From: an uncultured Chloroflexia bacterium
GTDB lineage: Bacteria > Chloroflexota > Chloroflexia > Thermomicrobiales > UBA6265
NCBI GenBank assembly: GCA_963741795.1
Contig: CAVUJM010000043.1
Coordinates: 24,538-88,537 of the forward strand
Reading direction: 5' to 3'
Length of the DNA: 64,000 bases
A program made the translations under genes and the position numbers. The notes below the pieces were generated by a model. The model made no database searches. It worked only from the letters and a program-made list of their open reading frames with translations, and had not been told where the DNA came from. How positions within the stretch are numbered: the first letter of the stretch is position 1; each line of letters starts with the position of its first letter. Below, in pieces: positions 19,141-30,429 of the stretch.

Positions 19141-20187
19141 TCACGCATCCCGGACGGCCGGGTTGGTGGCGACGATTCGCTCTGCGACCGCATGCACTTC
19201 CGGGACAAGCTCCTGCAAGAGCGCCATTCGCTGCTGCACCTCTTCCGCCGACGTGATGCCGAGCTCGGAGAGCAGTTCGGCGTAGCCATCGGCATAGGCG
19301 TCGCGAACGTCCTGATCCGCGTCGTTATAGAGTGCCTTGTAGCACCAGGTATGGATGAGGGCGATCCAGATCATTGACTCCCGATGGTCCCCGCTCTCGA
19401 TGAGCTCCTCGCCGCCACCAATGGCGATCTGGCGGGCGAACGCCGAGAGATTGCTCGATCCAAAGAACGGCGTGGTCACGATCGGGACAGCGGCGTCGAA
19501 TGATTCCGCAGTGCTTGCGAGCAGCGCGGTTGCTCGCTCTCGGGTGACAGATGCACTGCCGAACGCCTCCAGCAGGCGCTCGTGCATCTCCTCAAAGCCA
19601 TAGCGCCTGAGGATTCGCCCGGTATTGACAAGAGCCTTCCGGAAGGTTGGATGATCCAGATCCGCAACGTGGACCATGTGTGACATTCCGAAGAAGGCGA
19701 CCAGCCAGATGAAGACCTGGTCATGCAGCGGCGCAGCGAGGTCTAGACCGGCGATGCGCCCGTCATTCTGCTTCCAGGCATGGTCCACTCGTTCCTGAAC
19801 CCATGGACGAAGGGCGTAGTCCCGCGCGACGATTGGCTGGATGGCCCCCAAATGACCTGTTGGATCGTAGGCGATGTTCGGGTACTGGAAATGGATGGCG
19901 GTGTAGTAGTTGGCGAGCACGGCTTCGGCCGAGCGAAACTCGTGAAAGGGAGCGGCTGAGACATCGAGCACGACACCGTCGATGACGCTCTTGCGAGGAT
20001 CGAGCTCCATGTCAGCATCTTCGACGACGATCTTGATGTCGAGATCGGACGTCGGAGAGAGGATGTCATCCCCTGCCCTCGTGCTCGCTGAGCCGTATAG
20101 AAACGCTCCGGTGATACCGGGCTGGCCGGCAACCTCACGCTGGACCCATTGGCGAGCGATGTCCCTGGCCTCGGCGAAGGTCGTCAT
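19141..20187 (-). CDS. Nucleotidyltransferase (Pol-beta superfamily) domain protein with a helical C-terminal domain
   Basis: GAFLYGSASTRAGDDILSPTSDLDIKIVV is a G-S...D-x-D minimal NTase signature. The substrate is unknown. Confidence 0.55.
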   Translation of the reverse strand: MTTFAEARDIARQWVQREVAGQPGITGAFLYGSASTRAGDDILSPTSDLDIKIVVEDADMELDPRKSVIDGVVLDVSAAPFHEFRSAEAVLANYYTAIHFQYPNIAYDPTGHLGAIQPIVARDYALRPWVQERVDHAWKQNDGRIAGLDLAAPLHDQVFIWLVAFFGMSHMVHVADLDHPTFRKALVNTGRILRRYGFEEMHERLLEAFGSASVTRERATALLASTAESFDAAVPIVTTPFFGSSNLSAFARQIAIGGGEELIESGDHRESMIWIALIHTWCYKALYNDADQDVRDAYADGYAELLSELGITSAEEVQQRMALLQELVPEVHAVAERIVATNPAVRDA

Positions 20188-20371
20188 AGGTCTGTTCTCC
20201 CCTGAGCGCTTTCCGTGATGTGGCGGTGTCGTCCTAACTTTATGGCAGCAGGCAGCGGGAAGCGATCTGACGACAGGTAGTGAGATCGTACAGCAGCCCT
20301 ATGTGGGCGGCTCCGATCGGCCCGCGGAAGAGCCGGCCACAAGGGCCGGCTGTACGCAGGAGTTTGCCCAT

Positions 20372-21766
<1,395 letters not shown>

Positions 21767-21869
21767 GAATGCGGGTTCTCGTGTAGGGATGAAGCGGCGG
21801 GACGCTGGCGATGCGGCCAGTTCCATTAAAGAATAGCCAACGCGGCCCTCACCCGTCCGTTGCCGGGGA

Positions 21870-22542
21870 TCAGCGTTTGGTGCGACCGTCCGGCCCTGGC
21901 ATGGTCGTCGTCCTCCGGCCGGACGCTCTCGCGGCCGAGCGCATGGTCCCGAACATGGAGGCCAGGACCGCTCCCAGGATCAGGACCGGCACAAACTGGA
22001 ATCGGAAGATGATCATCATGCCGACGACAAAGACCACCCCGAGCACGAGCTGCCCGATGGATGGGCCCGTTCTTGTGGCCGTGGTTTCGCGTGCAGCCGG
22101 CTGAGCGGTCGGGACGGAACGCGCCGGGCGAGTCATGGCAGGCGCCTCGACTGGCGGCTCGGGGCGTCGCGACCGCTTCGATGCGGGCGCCAACCGGCGT
22201 CGCTTTCTCTTTCGCCGGAGCGGGCTTTTGAGGTGTCTCCCATGCAGGAGGTTCCGTCCGGACCCGGGCGGGCTCCGCAACGGCCACGGCCTCGACCACC
22301 GGCTCGGCAATCACGGGTGGGGCGACGGTCTTGACAGGCGGTGACGTCAGGACCGCCGGCTCGGTGGGGATCGGCGTCGAATGCACCGGTGGCGGCGGTA
22401 TGGGAGCTTCCGCGACGCTCGTGGCCCCGGCCGGCGCCTCGTAGGCCGCCAGCAGCGCGCCGCACGCCGGGCAGGTGATGTCCGCCGCGGCCACTGTCGC
22501 GCCGCAGCTCCCGCATGTCCTTGTGGTATCGCCGGTGCTCAC
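21870..22542 (-). pseudogene. Zinc-ribbon, Pro-rich, single-pass membrane protein, probably frameshifted as assembled
   Basis: The N-terminus has CGSCG...CPACG (ORF 21826..22542). The TM segment GQLVLGVVFVVGMMIIFRFQFVPVLILGAVLASMF is in ORF 21870..22310. The frames can be joined at GGGG 22161-22164. Confidence 0.5.
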
Positions 22543-22647
22543 GGCCAGGTCCTTCTTCCATCAATGGGGCGGTGTGCTATACACATGCATGCGGTTATCA
22601 ACGCCGATCACGCCCGTTTCGTTGCGAATACCGACAGGATATCGTGT

Positions 22648-23313
22648 GTGAGCACTCCCCCGAACCAGCCCTCCGATGCCGACCAGGAGCCCGTTGAGGG
22701 CGAGGGCCGCGGTGGCCTGATCTTCTGCGGCATGTGCGGCGCCCTCAACCCGTCGACGAACTTCTATTGCGCCGCTTGCGGCACGACGCTGGTCGACGCC
22801 TTCCACGCTACCGAGGGTCTGCGCGTCCATGAGCGGCCGGACTCCGCCTCGCGCCTGATCGAGATCGTCGCGACCGGCACGGAGCTGGAGGTGGTCGAGG
22901 ATCCGGACGCGCCGGAGGACTTCGTTCGCGTGCGCCTGCCCTACGGGCGGCTGGGCTACATTCGCCTGCACGACGTCGCGAACATGGCCGAGGCCGCCAA
23001 GCTGACCACGCGCACGCCGGCCGGCCGGCCGAGCCCGGACATCAACACGCATGCGACCGGATGCATCTCCTCGACCGCGGCGCTCGGGGCGCTGGCGCTG
23101 GTCGTGATGCTCGGCGCGCTGATGCTGGTGATCGCCTGGCGGGCAAACACCTACGATCAGGGCACGATGGCGCTGGTCTTCTGCGTCGGTATCGGGCCGC
23201 TGTTGCTGCTCACGGTCGCGTTCTACCTCTACGCCAAGAGCCGTGAGGATCGCCTGGCCGATGAGGATGAGGAAGCGGCGCTTGCGTTGTCGCGTACCAC
23301 GGAGGAGGCGTAG
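22648..23313 (+). CDS. Zinc-ribbon protein with a central beta-rich (SH3-like) region and two C-terminal TM helices
   Basis: CGMCG...CAACG, then ELEVVEDPDAPEDFVRVRLPYGRLGYI, then two hydrophobic helices. The GTG start at 22648 is inferred. Confidence 0.5.
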   Translation: MSTPPNQPSDADQEPVEGEGRGGLIFCGMCGALNPSTNFYCAACGTTLVDAFHATEGLRVHERPDSASRLIEIVATGTELEVVEDPDAPEDFVRVRLPYGRLGYIRLHDVANMAEAAKLTTRTPAGRPSPDINTHATGCISSTAALGALALVVMLGALMLVIAWRANTYDQGTMALVFCVGIGPLLLLTVAFYLYAKSREDRLADEDEEAALALSRTTEEA

Positions 23314-23315
23314 GC

Positions 23316-23525
23316 ATGGATGTACTCGGGACGCTCGAGGGCCGGCAGGACTATACGATCCACGGTGAGCTCTACGCCCAGCTCTACTTCTCGCTGCCGG
23401 AGAACCCGGAGAACATCCAGCAGTGTCGCCTGCCAAGCGACGCCTTTGACGCCGACCTCAAGCCTGGCGACCCGATCCGCATCACCTTCCTGCTCAAGAC
23501 CGTCATGGAAATCCGCCACGCGTAG
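23316..23525 (+). CDS. Small hypothetical protein (69 aa)
   Basis: It starts 2 nt after the upstream stop and has high third-position GC. I see no recognisable motif. Confidence 0.4.
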   Translation: MDVLGTLEGRQDYTIHGELYAQLYFSLPENPENIQQCRLPSDAFDADLKPGDPIRITFLLKTVMEIRHA

Positions 23526-23544
23526 GGACAAACCCCGATCCTCT

Positions 23545-23717
23545 TGTAGCGGACGACTTGCGGCGCTGGGAAACCGCCTGGCACGCTCGGACGCGCCGCA
23601 ATGTCGTCCCTGCCTGCCGGCGAACGCGTCCGGCATCTCCGTCACCGGTAGGACGACATTGGATGCGTGTTAGCGCTCGGTTCCTGTTCCTCATGGACGC
23701 ATCCAAGTCGTCCGCTA
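23545..23717. repeat. Nested long-range inverted repeats (about 170-nt potential hairpin)
   Basis: GTAGCGGACGACTTG 23545-23559 pairs with CAAGTCGTCCGCTAC 23703-23717. CAATGTCGTCC 23598-23608 pairs with GGACGACATTG 23650-23660. Confidence 0.6.
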
Positions 23718-23783
23718 CGACGACACATGCCGGCCAGATGTCCCAAGACAAGATAATCCACAATCGGATCATCACAACTGTCG

Positions 23784-24275
23784 TTATTGTGGACGGTTGC
23801 CCCGCTCGGCGAGCCAGAGTTGCTTCTGGATTTGCGCATGGCCAAGGTGCAACGCGGTGTGATCGATCATGTGCAGCAGCCAGTGCATCCGCGTCCAGTG
23901 CGGGATCGACTCGCGAATCGTCGGGGGCATGGCCGTGAGGTCGATCTCTTCCCCGCTTTCCATCCGCTCCCGGAAGCTGGCGAGCCACCCCTCGAACACC
24001 GCGTCGATCTCGTCTCGCGTAGCGATGGCGCGGAACTCCGCCTCCCGGTCGCGCGGGAGCTCGTCTCCAAACACCTGGTGGTGCAGCATCCAGCCCCCGG
24101 CCGATGCCGTGTGCACCGCCATCGCGGCAAAGGTGTTCATCTCCCCGCCGCCGGCGGTCTCCGCGGCCGGTTTCCACGACGCGAGGTCGCTGTCCGGGAT
24201 GCCGTCAAGGGCGGCCTCGTAGTCGGTGAGCAGCTTGTCCAGCGCGTCGTAGGTCGCTTCCAGGATCGAGTGCAT
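23784..24275 (-). CDS. DinB-family (DinB_2-like) metal-dependent protein, paralog 1
   Basis: Four-helix DinB pattern with HTASAGGW...HMIDHTALHLGHAQI. I chose the ATG at 24275, which has a GGAGA RBS. Confidence 0.7.
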   Translation of the reverse strand: MHSILEATYDALDKLLTDYEAALDGIPDSDLASWKPAAETAGGGEMNTFAAMAVHTASAGGWMLHHQVFGDELPRDREAEFRAIATRDEIDAVFEGWLASFRERMESGEEIDLTAMPPTIRESIPHWTRMHWLLHMIDHTALHLGHAQIQKQLWLAERGNRPQ

Positions 24276-24325
24276 TCGGTCTCCATTCGTTAAATACTGA
24301 GGAATCGGACCATCCGGGCTTTGCC

Positions 24326-24817
24326 TTATACCGGTTTGCCTGCCTCCGCCATCCAGAGTTGCCGATGGATCTGGACATGGCCGAGATGCAGCGCGTTGTG
24401 GTCGATCATCGTGAGGAGCCACCGCTTTCGCGTCCAGTCGGGGTGATCCTCTCGTGGCGTCCCGGGCAACGTGGTGAGGTCTGGCTGTACCGGTCGCTCG
24501 AGGCGTTCGCGAAATCCCGCCAGCCAGTCGTCGAACATCCGGTCGATCTCATCAGCGGTTGCCGTGGCATGGAACTCGGCGTCCCGATCGCGATGGACGT
24601 CGTCTCCAAAGACCTGCTGGAACACGCGCCACGTTCCCGCGCCCGTGATGTGCACGGCGAGCGAGGCGAACGTGTTCATCTCCCCTCCCCCGGCGGCCTC
24701 CGCTGCAGGTTTCCAGGTATTGAGATCATGGTCCGGGATGCCGGCGATCGCCTGCCGGAACTGGGCGAGCTGGGTCTCCAGCATCTGGTACACGTCGCTG
24801 AGCAGGCTGTCGGACAT
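24326..24817 (-). CDS. DinB-family protein, paralog 2
   Basis: Collinear with paralog 1 (WKPAAEAAGGGEMNTFA, MIDHNALHLGHVQI). I chose the ATG at 24817, which has a GAGGTGA RBS. Confidence 0.7.
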   Translation of the reverse strand: MSDSLLSDVYQMLETQLAQFRQAIAGIPDHDLNTWKPAAEAAGGGEMNTFASLAVHITGAGTWRVFQQVFGDDVHRDRDAEFHATATADEIDRMFDDWLAGFRERLERPVQPDLTTLPGTPREDHPDWTRKRWLLTMIDHNALHLGHVQIHRQLWMAEAGKPV

Positions 24818-24868
24818 GGAATCACCTCGGGGCATGAGCGCTGCGTGTCGGACTGCCAGGCGATGGCG

Positions 24869-25501
24869 TCAATCCGTGCTGAGGGTTTCGATCCATGCGC
24901 GCTCGGCGCCGACGGTTGTCGCGTCGCCGTGCCCGGGCAGGACCCGTACCTCGTCCGGCATGTCGAGGAAGCGGCGCAGTGTCCGGTTCATCACCTGCTG
25001 GTCGGAACCCGGCAGGTCGGTGCGGCCATGCCCGCCCGGGAACAGCACGTCACCGCCCAGCACCAGGCCGTCATCCTCGCTATAAAGGACGATGTGCGCG
25101 ATGTCGTGGCCCGGCATATGCAGGACAGTAAAAACGTGGCCGCCGACGGTCACTTCGTCGCCCTCGTCCAGCTCTCGGTCCAGGCCGACCGGAGAGATCG
25201 GGAGGGGGCCGGTTCCCGGAGCGGGTGCCTCGATGCGCGAGCGGAGATCCCGATGACCATGCACCGTCGCGTTGGTGGCGTTCCGCAACTCGTAAAGGCC
25301 AAGGATATGATCCCAATGGCCATGCGTGACTACGATGTCGAGTACCGTGACGCCGAGCGACTCGGCGGTCGCCAGGATCTCCTTGCTGACGTCGGCGGGG
25401 CCGTCGACCACGATGGCGTCACCAGTGGCGGAATCAGCGACGAGATAGGCGTTTGTGGCCAACGGGCCACCCTCGAAGCGTTTGATGGTCAACGGCATCA
25501 T
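24869..25501 (-). CDS. MBL-fold metallo-hydrolase (glyoxalase II-like)
   Basis: VVTHGHWDH motif, HMPGHD and FPGGHGRTD. An AGGAGA RBS precedes tandem ATGs at 25496-25501. Confidence 0.85.
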   Translation of the reverse strand: MMPLTIKRFEGGPLATNAYLVADSATGDAIVVDGPADVSKEILATAESLGVTVLDIVVTHGHWDHILGLYELRNATNATVHGHRDLRSRIEAPAPGTGPLPISPVGLDRELDEGDEVTVGGHVFTVLHMPGHDIAHIVLYSEDDGLVLGGDVLFPGGHGRTDLPGSDQQVMNRTLRRFLDMPDEVRVLPGHGDATTVGAERAWIETLSTD

Positions 25502-25781
25502 CGGTCTCCTTTTCGTGGCGGTTTCAATGCCGGCAGCATACCCCATTCATGTGAATTGTCGGATAGAATATTCGCTTTGATGCGCGAAAGGCCGCGACGT
25601 CTCGCACAGAAGTGTCGCCGGGGTATGGATCGTGCAAACGTTATGGGAACGGGGCCAGACGCGTTGTTGGGTCCTCACGAAATCTTGCCCGTAGGTCGTC
25701 TCTCGCCCGGGATGCGAGGGAAACTCCAGGTTATCTTCCATGCTTCATTTTTCGAACGAGTATCCAATCAGCAATGCCTTT

Positions 25782-26147
25782 ATGGGTAAGTCTGACAAGG
25801 CGACCACGCCAGTCGTCCTGGTCGTGGATGACGAGCGTCCGATCGTCGACCTGCTGCAGGATCTTCTCCAGGACCAGGGCTACGAAGTCCGCCGGGCATA
25901 CGATGGTATGACCGCGCTCCAGATCATCGAGCGAGATCCACCCGATCTCGTCGTCACCGACGTGATGATGCCGCGCCTTGACGGTCTCGCGCTTTTCAAC
26001 GAGATCCGCACGCGCGCCGCGACCATGCCGGTGATCCTGATGAGCGCCGCGGTAACCCCGCGCAAGATCGACGCGACGTTCGTTCCCAAGCCGTTTGACA
26101 TTGATACGTTGCTTAACCTTGTCGACGAGAAGCTCCGGGGGCGTTAG
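25782..26147 (+). CDS. Stand-alone response regulator receiver protein (CheY-like)
   Basis: VVLVVDDE, DLVVTDVMMPRLDG and FVPKPF. There is no output domain. Confidence 0.85.
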   Translation: MGKSDKATTPVVLVVDDERPIVDLLQDLLQDQGYEVRRAYDGMTALQIIERDPPDLVVTDVMMPRLDGLALFNEIRTRAATMPVILMSAAVTPRKIDATFVPKPFDIDTLLNLVDEKLRGR

Positions 26148-26246
26148 TCCCCCACCTTCACATCTGATGAACGCGACCCAGCGCCTGGTCGGATAGCGTG
26201 GCCAGGCGCGTTGTGTTGGCTGGAGACATCCCGAGACGCACGACAA

Positions 26247-26278
26247 CGGCCACCCGCATGCGGGTGGCCGTTCTCTGT
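26247..26278 (+). terminator. Intrinsic terminator-like hairpin (possibly bidirectional)
   Basis: CGGCCACCCG-CATG-CGGGTGGCCG is followed by TTCTCTGT. It lies between the convergent response regulator and pfkB-family genes. Confidence 0.6.
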
Positions 26279-26316
26279 GGTCGCTGACGTGGCGGGACGA
26301 ACCGATGTCAGTCTGC

Positions 26317-27369
26317 CTAGACGTAGGTCCTCATAACCTCGTCAATCTCGCGGCGGGACGGCACGCTGCCCACGCCGATCTCGCGCAGGCTCAGCGCGGC
26401 CACGATATTCGCGAAGCGGCCGGCCTCCAGCGCCGAGCTGGTCGCCTCCGCCGCCTTCATGAAGAACGCCGCCGCGAAGACATCGCCGGCACCGGTCAGG
26501 CTCTTCACCTTGACCTCGTAGCCGGGGATTTCGACCGTGCGATGGCGCTTGGCGCCAGCCGGGAGATGCTCCAGCTGCTCGGCGCGGACGGCATGGTAGA
26601 CGGTCGCGCCCAGTGGCCCGCGCGTCACCACGCTCATGCGCCGCTCCGCGACCCGCTCGATCACCTCGCGCGCCTGGAAGATTTCCTCATCGCTCACGAT
26701 CGCGCAGTCGATCCGGTTGACGAGGTCCACCGGCAGGCGCAGCGGCGTCACGCGCACGCGGCCGCCGCGCTCGTGTGGCCAGTCGCGCATCCAGCCCTGC
26801 GGCGTGACGCCAAGGAAGCCTGGCGTGAGACCGGTGATGTGGCGGGGGTCGATCTCGTCGGCGATCGGGCCGAGATGCAGGATCTTCGCATTGGTCCAAT
26901 GCGGTGGCAGGCCGCGCAGGTCAATCGGGCCGGCCCAGTGGCGCACCACCTGCTGGCGGCGCGAGCCGAGGTAGTGGTTCTCGAACGTCGTCGGCACGTC
27001 GGCGTCCTGCACGATGATCTGTAGTTCGCCGGCATACTCGTCCAGCCCGGGGACGGTCATCCCGGCGACCTCCTTGCCGAACGCGCCACGCGTCAGCACG
27101 GCGACACGGGCTCCCAGCCGCGCGGCGGTTAGCGCCGAGTACAGCGCCGTGCCGCCCAACACGACCTCGCCGTCGTCCAGCACGTCGGCGGTGATGTGTC
27201 CGACGACCAGGTAGTCTGGCGTACGCGTGGTCTGGAGGGGCGAGCGGGTCTTCTGGTTGCGGAAGGGCGTTCGCTCGCGGTCGCGACGGCGCGCGGCACC
27301 CCCACCCTGGCTGGGCGCGTCCGTCTTCGGGGTCTTGGGCGGGCGTGGGCCCTGCTCGGGCTGGGACAT
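26317..27369 (-). CDS. PfkB-family carbohydrate/nucleoside kinase with a basic N-terminal extension
   Basis: C-terminal GAGDVFAAAF anion-hole motif and a ribokinase-like fold pattern. The first ~50 aa are Pro/Arg/Lys-rich. Confidence 0.75.
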   Translation of the reverse strand: MSQPEQGPRPPKTPKTDAPSQGGGAARRRDRERTPFRNQKTRSPLQTTRTPDYLVVGHITADVLDDGEVVLGGTALYSALTAARLGARVAVLTRGAFGKEVAGMTVPGLDEYAGELQIIVQDADVPTTFENHYLGSRRQQVVRHWAGPIDLRGLPPHWTNAKILHLGPIADEIDPRHITGLTPGFLGVTPQGWMRDWPHERGGRVRVTPLRLPVDLVNRIDCAIVSDEEIFQAREVIERVAERRMSVVTRGPLGATVYHAVRAEQLEHLPAGAKRHRTVEIPGYEVKVKSLTGAGDVFAAAFFMKAAEATSSALEAGRFANIVAALSLREIGVGSVPSRREIDEVMRTYV

Positions 27370-27392
27370 GGTGCGTTCCGTTCCTGTCGCAC

Positions 27393-27420
27393 AAAGCCGG
27401 CGACGCGCGTCGCCGGCTTT
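27393..27420 (-). terminator. Terminator hairpin downstream of jag
   Basis: AAAGCCGGCGAC-GCGC-GTCGCCGGCTTT, followed by TTTGTG on the minus strand. Confidence 0.6.
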
Positions 27421-27447
27421 GCGAACGAATATGACCGTGTGGGCGGT

Positions 27448-28302
27448 CTAGGTGGTTGCGGGCTCGACGGTGATACGCCGTTGCGGGCCTTCACCGGAGC
27501 TATGGGTCGAGACGTCAGGGTGCGAGCGCAACGTGAGATGGATGATGCGGCGCTCGTTCGGCGGCATCGGCTCCAGCACGATCGAGCGGCCACTGCGCGC
27601 GACCTGCCGGGCGACGCGCTCGGCGAGGCCGACCAGCGACTCCTCGCGCCGCGAGCGGTAGCCCTCGACATCGATGATCACACGGGTCCAATCCCCGAGC
27701 TTGCGGTTCACAAGCGTGTTGATCAGGTATTGCAGCTGCGAGAGGTGCTCGCCGCGGCGGCCAATCAGCATGCCAAGATCGCGCCCCAATACGTCGAGAA
27801 AGATCGTTGGCGGGTCCTCTGGACTGAGCGGCACGGACGAGGGATTGTCCACGGCAACGACATCGGCATCGATACCCATGCGGGTCAGCAGAGCCGCGGC
27901 GATGGCCTTCGCTTCCCGCTCTTGCTCGGCGTCGACCCGATCGATCGGCGCGCTGGCCCGGGCTGGCGGCGGTGTGCCGCGGCGAGACGGCCGGTCTTGC
28001 GGGGAGGTGCGGCCACCGAGCCAGTCCTTGTTGTCGCCCCGGTTGCCCTCGCCGCCGCGTCCACGGCGCCGGCTGCGGCTCGAACGGCCGGTGACGGTGG
28101 CGCCCGGCGCGCTCGGCTCCGGCTGCGACGCCTGGCCGCGCGCGGTCACCCGGACGAGCGCCTCGGCGTCGTCGCCCGGTCCCTCTTCCGAGAGAATCTC
28201 GATCTCGACATCATCCCGGCCCAGCTGCAGCTCCTCGAGCGCCAGCCGGACGGCCTCATCGACGGATACGGCCTGTATCTCTACACTCGTGCGCTTTGCC
28301 AT
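27448..28302 (-). CDS. jag: RNA-binding protein Jag/KhpB (Jag_N, KH, R3H)
   Basis: N-terminal SVDEAVRLALEELQ and C-terminal PMPPNERRIIHLTL...STHSSGEGPQRRITV. It sits downstream of yidC. Confidence 0.9.
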   Translation of the reverse strand: MAKRTSVEIQAVSVDEAVRLALEELQLGRDDVEIEILSEEGPGDDAEALVRVTARGQASQPEPSAPGATVTGRSSRSRRRGRGGEGNRGDNKDWLGGRTSPQDRPSRRGTPPPARASAPIDRVDAEQEREAKAIAAALLTRMGIDADVVAVDNPSSVPLSPEDPPTIFLDVLGRDLGMLIGRRGEHLSQLQYLINTLVNRKLGDWTRVIIDVEGYRSRREESLVGLAERVARQVARSGRSIVLEPMPPNERRIIHLTLRSHPDVSTHSSGEGPQRRITVEPATT

Positions 28303-28340
28303 GATGTCTCCCCGGGTGTGACGGCGACTTCAGTCCATGA

Positions 28341-29465
28341 CTATGTGCGACGACGCTGCTTCTTCTTTGGTCGGGCGGACGGCTGGGCGGTGGTCTCGAT
28401 GACCTCACCCTCGCCCTCGCCGGAGCCGTTCTTCCGGTAGCGCGAGGCGGCATCGACCCGCGCCTGGTAATCCGATCGCTTCTTGCTGGTCTTCTGGGCG
28501 GTTGCCCCAGCGGATGCGGTCGCGGCCGCAGTCGAGGCAGCAGGCTTGGACGCCTTGGCGGATGCCTCCTGCTGGCGCTGCTGCATATGCTGGGCCTTCT
28601 CCTGCTGCGCCGCCATCCACTTGGCGAAGCGGCCCTTCGGCTCCGGCTTCTGGCCGGAGACCACGACGACATCATCGATGTTGCGCGGCGGATGGTATCC
28701 GAGGCGACGATGCTCCGGGAGCTCCGGCAGGAATGGGAACCACTCGCCGATCGCCCCCCAGCCACCGATGAACCACTGCTGGACGACGGAGTACATGGCC
28801 TGGACCACCCAGTACAACACCGGGCCGGCCGCGAAGCCCCAGCCGAAGATGACCACCGACAGCGGCAGGAAGGTCATCATCGTGTTCATCATCTGCTGCT
28901 GCGGATCGGTGATCTTCTGGTTCGCCGGACGGAGCATGCGGCTCTGGAAGAGCTGGAAGACGCCGGCGAGGATCGGCAAGAGGTGGATCGGGTCTGGCTC
29001 GGCGAGGTGCGGTATCCAGAGGAAGCCGTTCGCCCACTCACCGGAGCCGTGTGTCGACATGTCCCGGATACCGAAGTAGACGCCGAAGAAGATCGGCATC
29101 TGGATCAGCATCGGCAGACACCCGGCCATCGGGTTGACGCCGTAGGCCTGGTAGAGCGCCATCTGCTCCTGGGAGGCCGCCTGCCGGTCGTTGCCGTGCT
29201 TCTTCTGGATCTCCTTGATCTTCGGAGCCAGCTCCTGCATGGCCTTGGCCGACTTGGTGCTCTTGATGGTGAGTGGGAGCAGGAGGGTCTTAACGACGAT
29301 GGTGAAGGCGATGATCGCCAGGCCGCCGCTGTTGAAGGCGTCGGCGAGATGCCCCAACACCCACTCGACGAAGCTGGTGTACTGGTCCCAGACGGGGATG
29401 GCGGCGGGGGCGAGGGTGGTGAGGGCATGACCGAGCTGGTCGGCGGCGGGAAGATCGAGAAGCAC
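28341..29465 (-). CDS. yidC: Membrane protein insertase YidC
   Basis: PLTIKSTKSAKAMQELAPKIKEIQKKH...GVNPMAGCLPMLIQMPIFF. The C-terminal tail is basic. Confidence 0.95.
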   Translation of the reverse strand: MLLDLPAADQLGHALTTLAPAAIPVWDQYTSFVEWVLGHLADAFNSGGLAIIAFTIVVKTLLLPLTIKSTKSAKAMQELAPKIKEIQKKHGNDRQAASQEQMALYQAYGVNPMAGCLPMLIQMPIFFGVYFGIRDMSTHGSGEWANGFLWIPHLAEPDPIHLLPILAGVFQLFQSRMLRPANQKITDPQQQMMNTMMTFLPLSVVIFGWGFAAGPVLYWVVQAMYSVVQQWFIGGWGAIGEWFPFLPELPEHRRLGYHPPRNIDDVVVVSGQKPEPKGRFAKWMAAQQEKAQHMQQRQQEASAKASKPAASTAAATASAGATAQKTSKKRSDYQARVDAASRYRKNGSGEGEGEVIETTAQPSARPKKKQRRRT

Positions 29466-29648
29466 GAAGGTTGGCCTCCTCCCGCGCTCGTTGCGGGATC
29501 CGATGGGTATGGGCGACGGCGGGGCGTCGCGGCGATCACTCGTCTCAGGTGCACGCGCGGCGGTGGACGCCCGCCTGCGTTTGCGCCGGGGAGAAGCCCG
29601 GTCGCGGTCAAGGTCGTTGAAGGCTCGCGCGGGGCGCGAGAGGTTGGC

Positions 29649-29858
29649 CTACGGAACCGGATCCCAGCCGCTGCCACCCCACGGGTTGCAGCGCAGGACC
29701 CGCCAGATCGCGAGCCGACCGCCCTTAAGAATACCGTACTTGTCGACGGCCTCGTAGGCGTATTCGGAGCAGGTCGGGTGGAAACGGCATGACGGCGGGG
29801 TGTTGGGAGAGATGAACTTCCGATAGAAGCGAATGGGACCGAGCAGGAGCTGTTTCAT
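29649..29858 (-). CDS. yidD: Membrane protein insertion efficiency factor YidD
   Basis: FYRKFISP...[11 protein letters not shown]...RCNPW. Confidence 0.95.
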   Translation of the reverse strand: MKQLLLGPIRFYRKFISPNTPPSCRFHPTCSEYAYEAVDKYGILKGGRLAIWRVLRCNPWGGSGWDPVP

Positions 29859-30349
29859 TGCGGTGTGCCTGATGCGGAGGTGGAGGACGAATCGGGATCG
29901 GCATCGGCCGGTGTGGCGTCGGTCCAGCCCGTGTGGACTGGCGAGCCGGGTTCCGGCGCGCTGGCCGGGTCGGTAAAGAGCTCGCCGCGCCGGAAGATAC
30001 CGCGCAGCGCGCGCTGGGCCTCGGTTAGGGACGGCATCTCCTCGACCGTTCCCCGGCAGATCACGACGATATCGTAGCCGGTCTGGAGATACGGGTGGTA
30101 GCCGCGCAGTGCCTCGCGCACGAGCCGCTTCAGCCGGTTGCGCTGCACCGCCTTGCCGCAGCGCTTTCCCGCGATCACCGTATAGCGGTTCTGCGCCGGG
30201 TCGAGGCTGTTGTGCATGTAGCGCACGACCAACGGCCCCTGGGCGACCGCGCGCCCACGGGAGCGAACCCGCTTGACGTCATGCTCTTCGCGAAGCCGGT
30301 ACTGTCGTGCTACCACCGAATGGAGATTCCTTTTCCCGCCTGTGACCAT
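29855..30349 (-). CDS. rnpA: Ribonuclease P protein component with an acidic/Pro-rich C-terminal extension
   Basis: [11 protein letters not shown]...[16 protein letters not shown] (RNR motif). It lies immediately downstream of rpmH and overlaps yidD by 4 nt. The start is uncertain (ATG 30349 or GTG about 30313). Confidence 0.85.
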   Translation of the reverse strand: MVTGGKRNLHSVVARQYRLREEHDVKRVRSRGRAVAQGPLVVRYMHNSLDPAQNRYTVIAGKRCGKAVQRNRLKRLVREALRGYHPYLQTGYDIVVICRGTVEEMPSLTEAQRALRGIFRRGELFTDPASAPEPGSPVHTGWTDATPADADPDSSSTSASGTPQ

Positions 30350-30429
30350 CAACAAAAAAAGCGAGGAGCGGCAAAAGACGACGATCGCGTCCGTTGCCCT
30401 CCCCGCTCCGTACTCGCCGTCTCCGGCGA

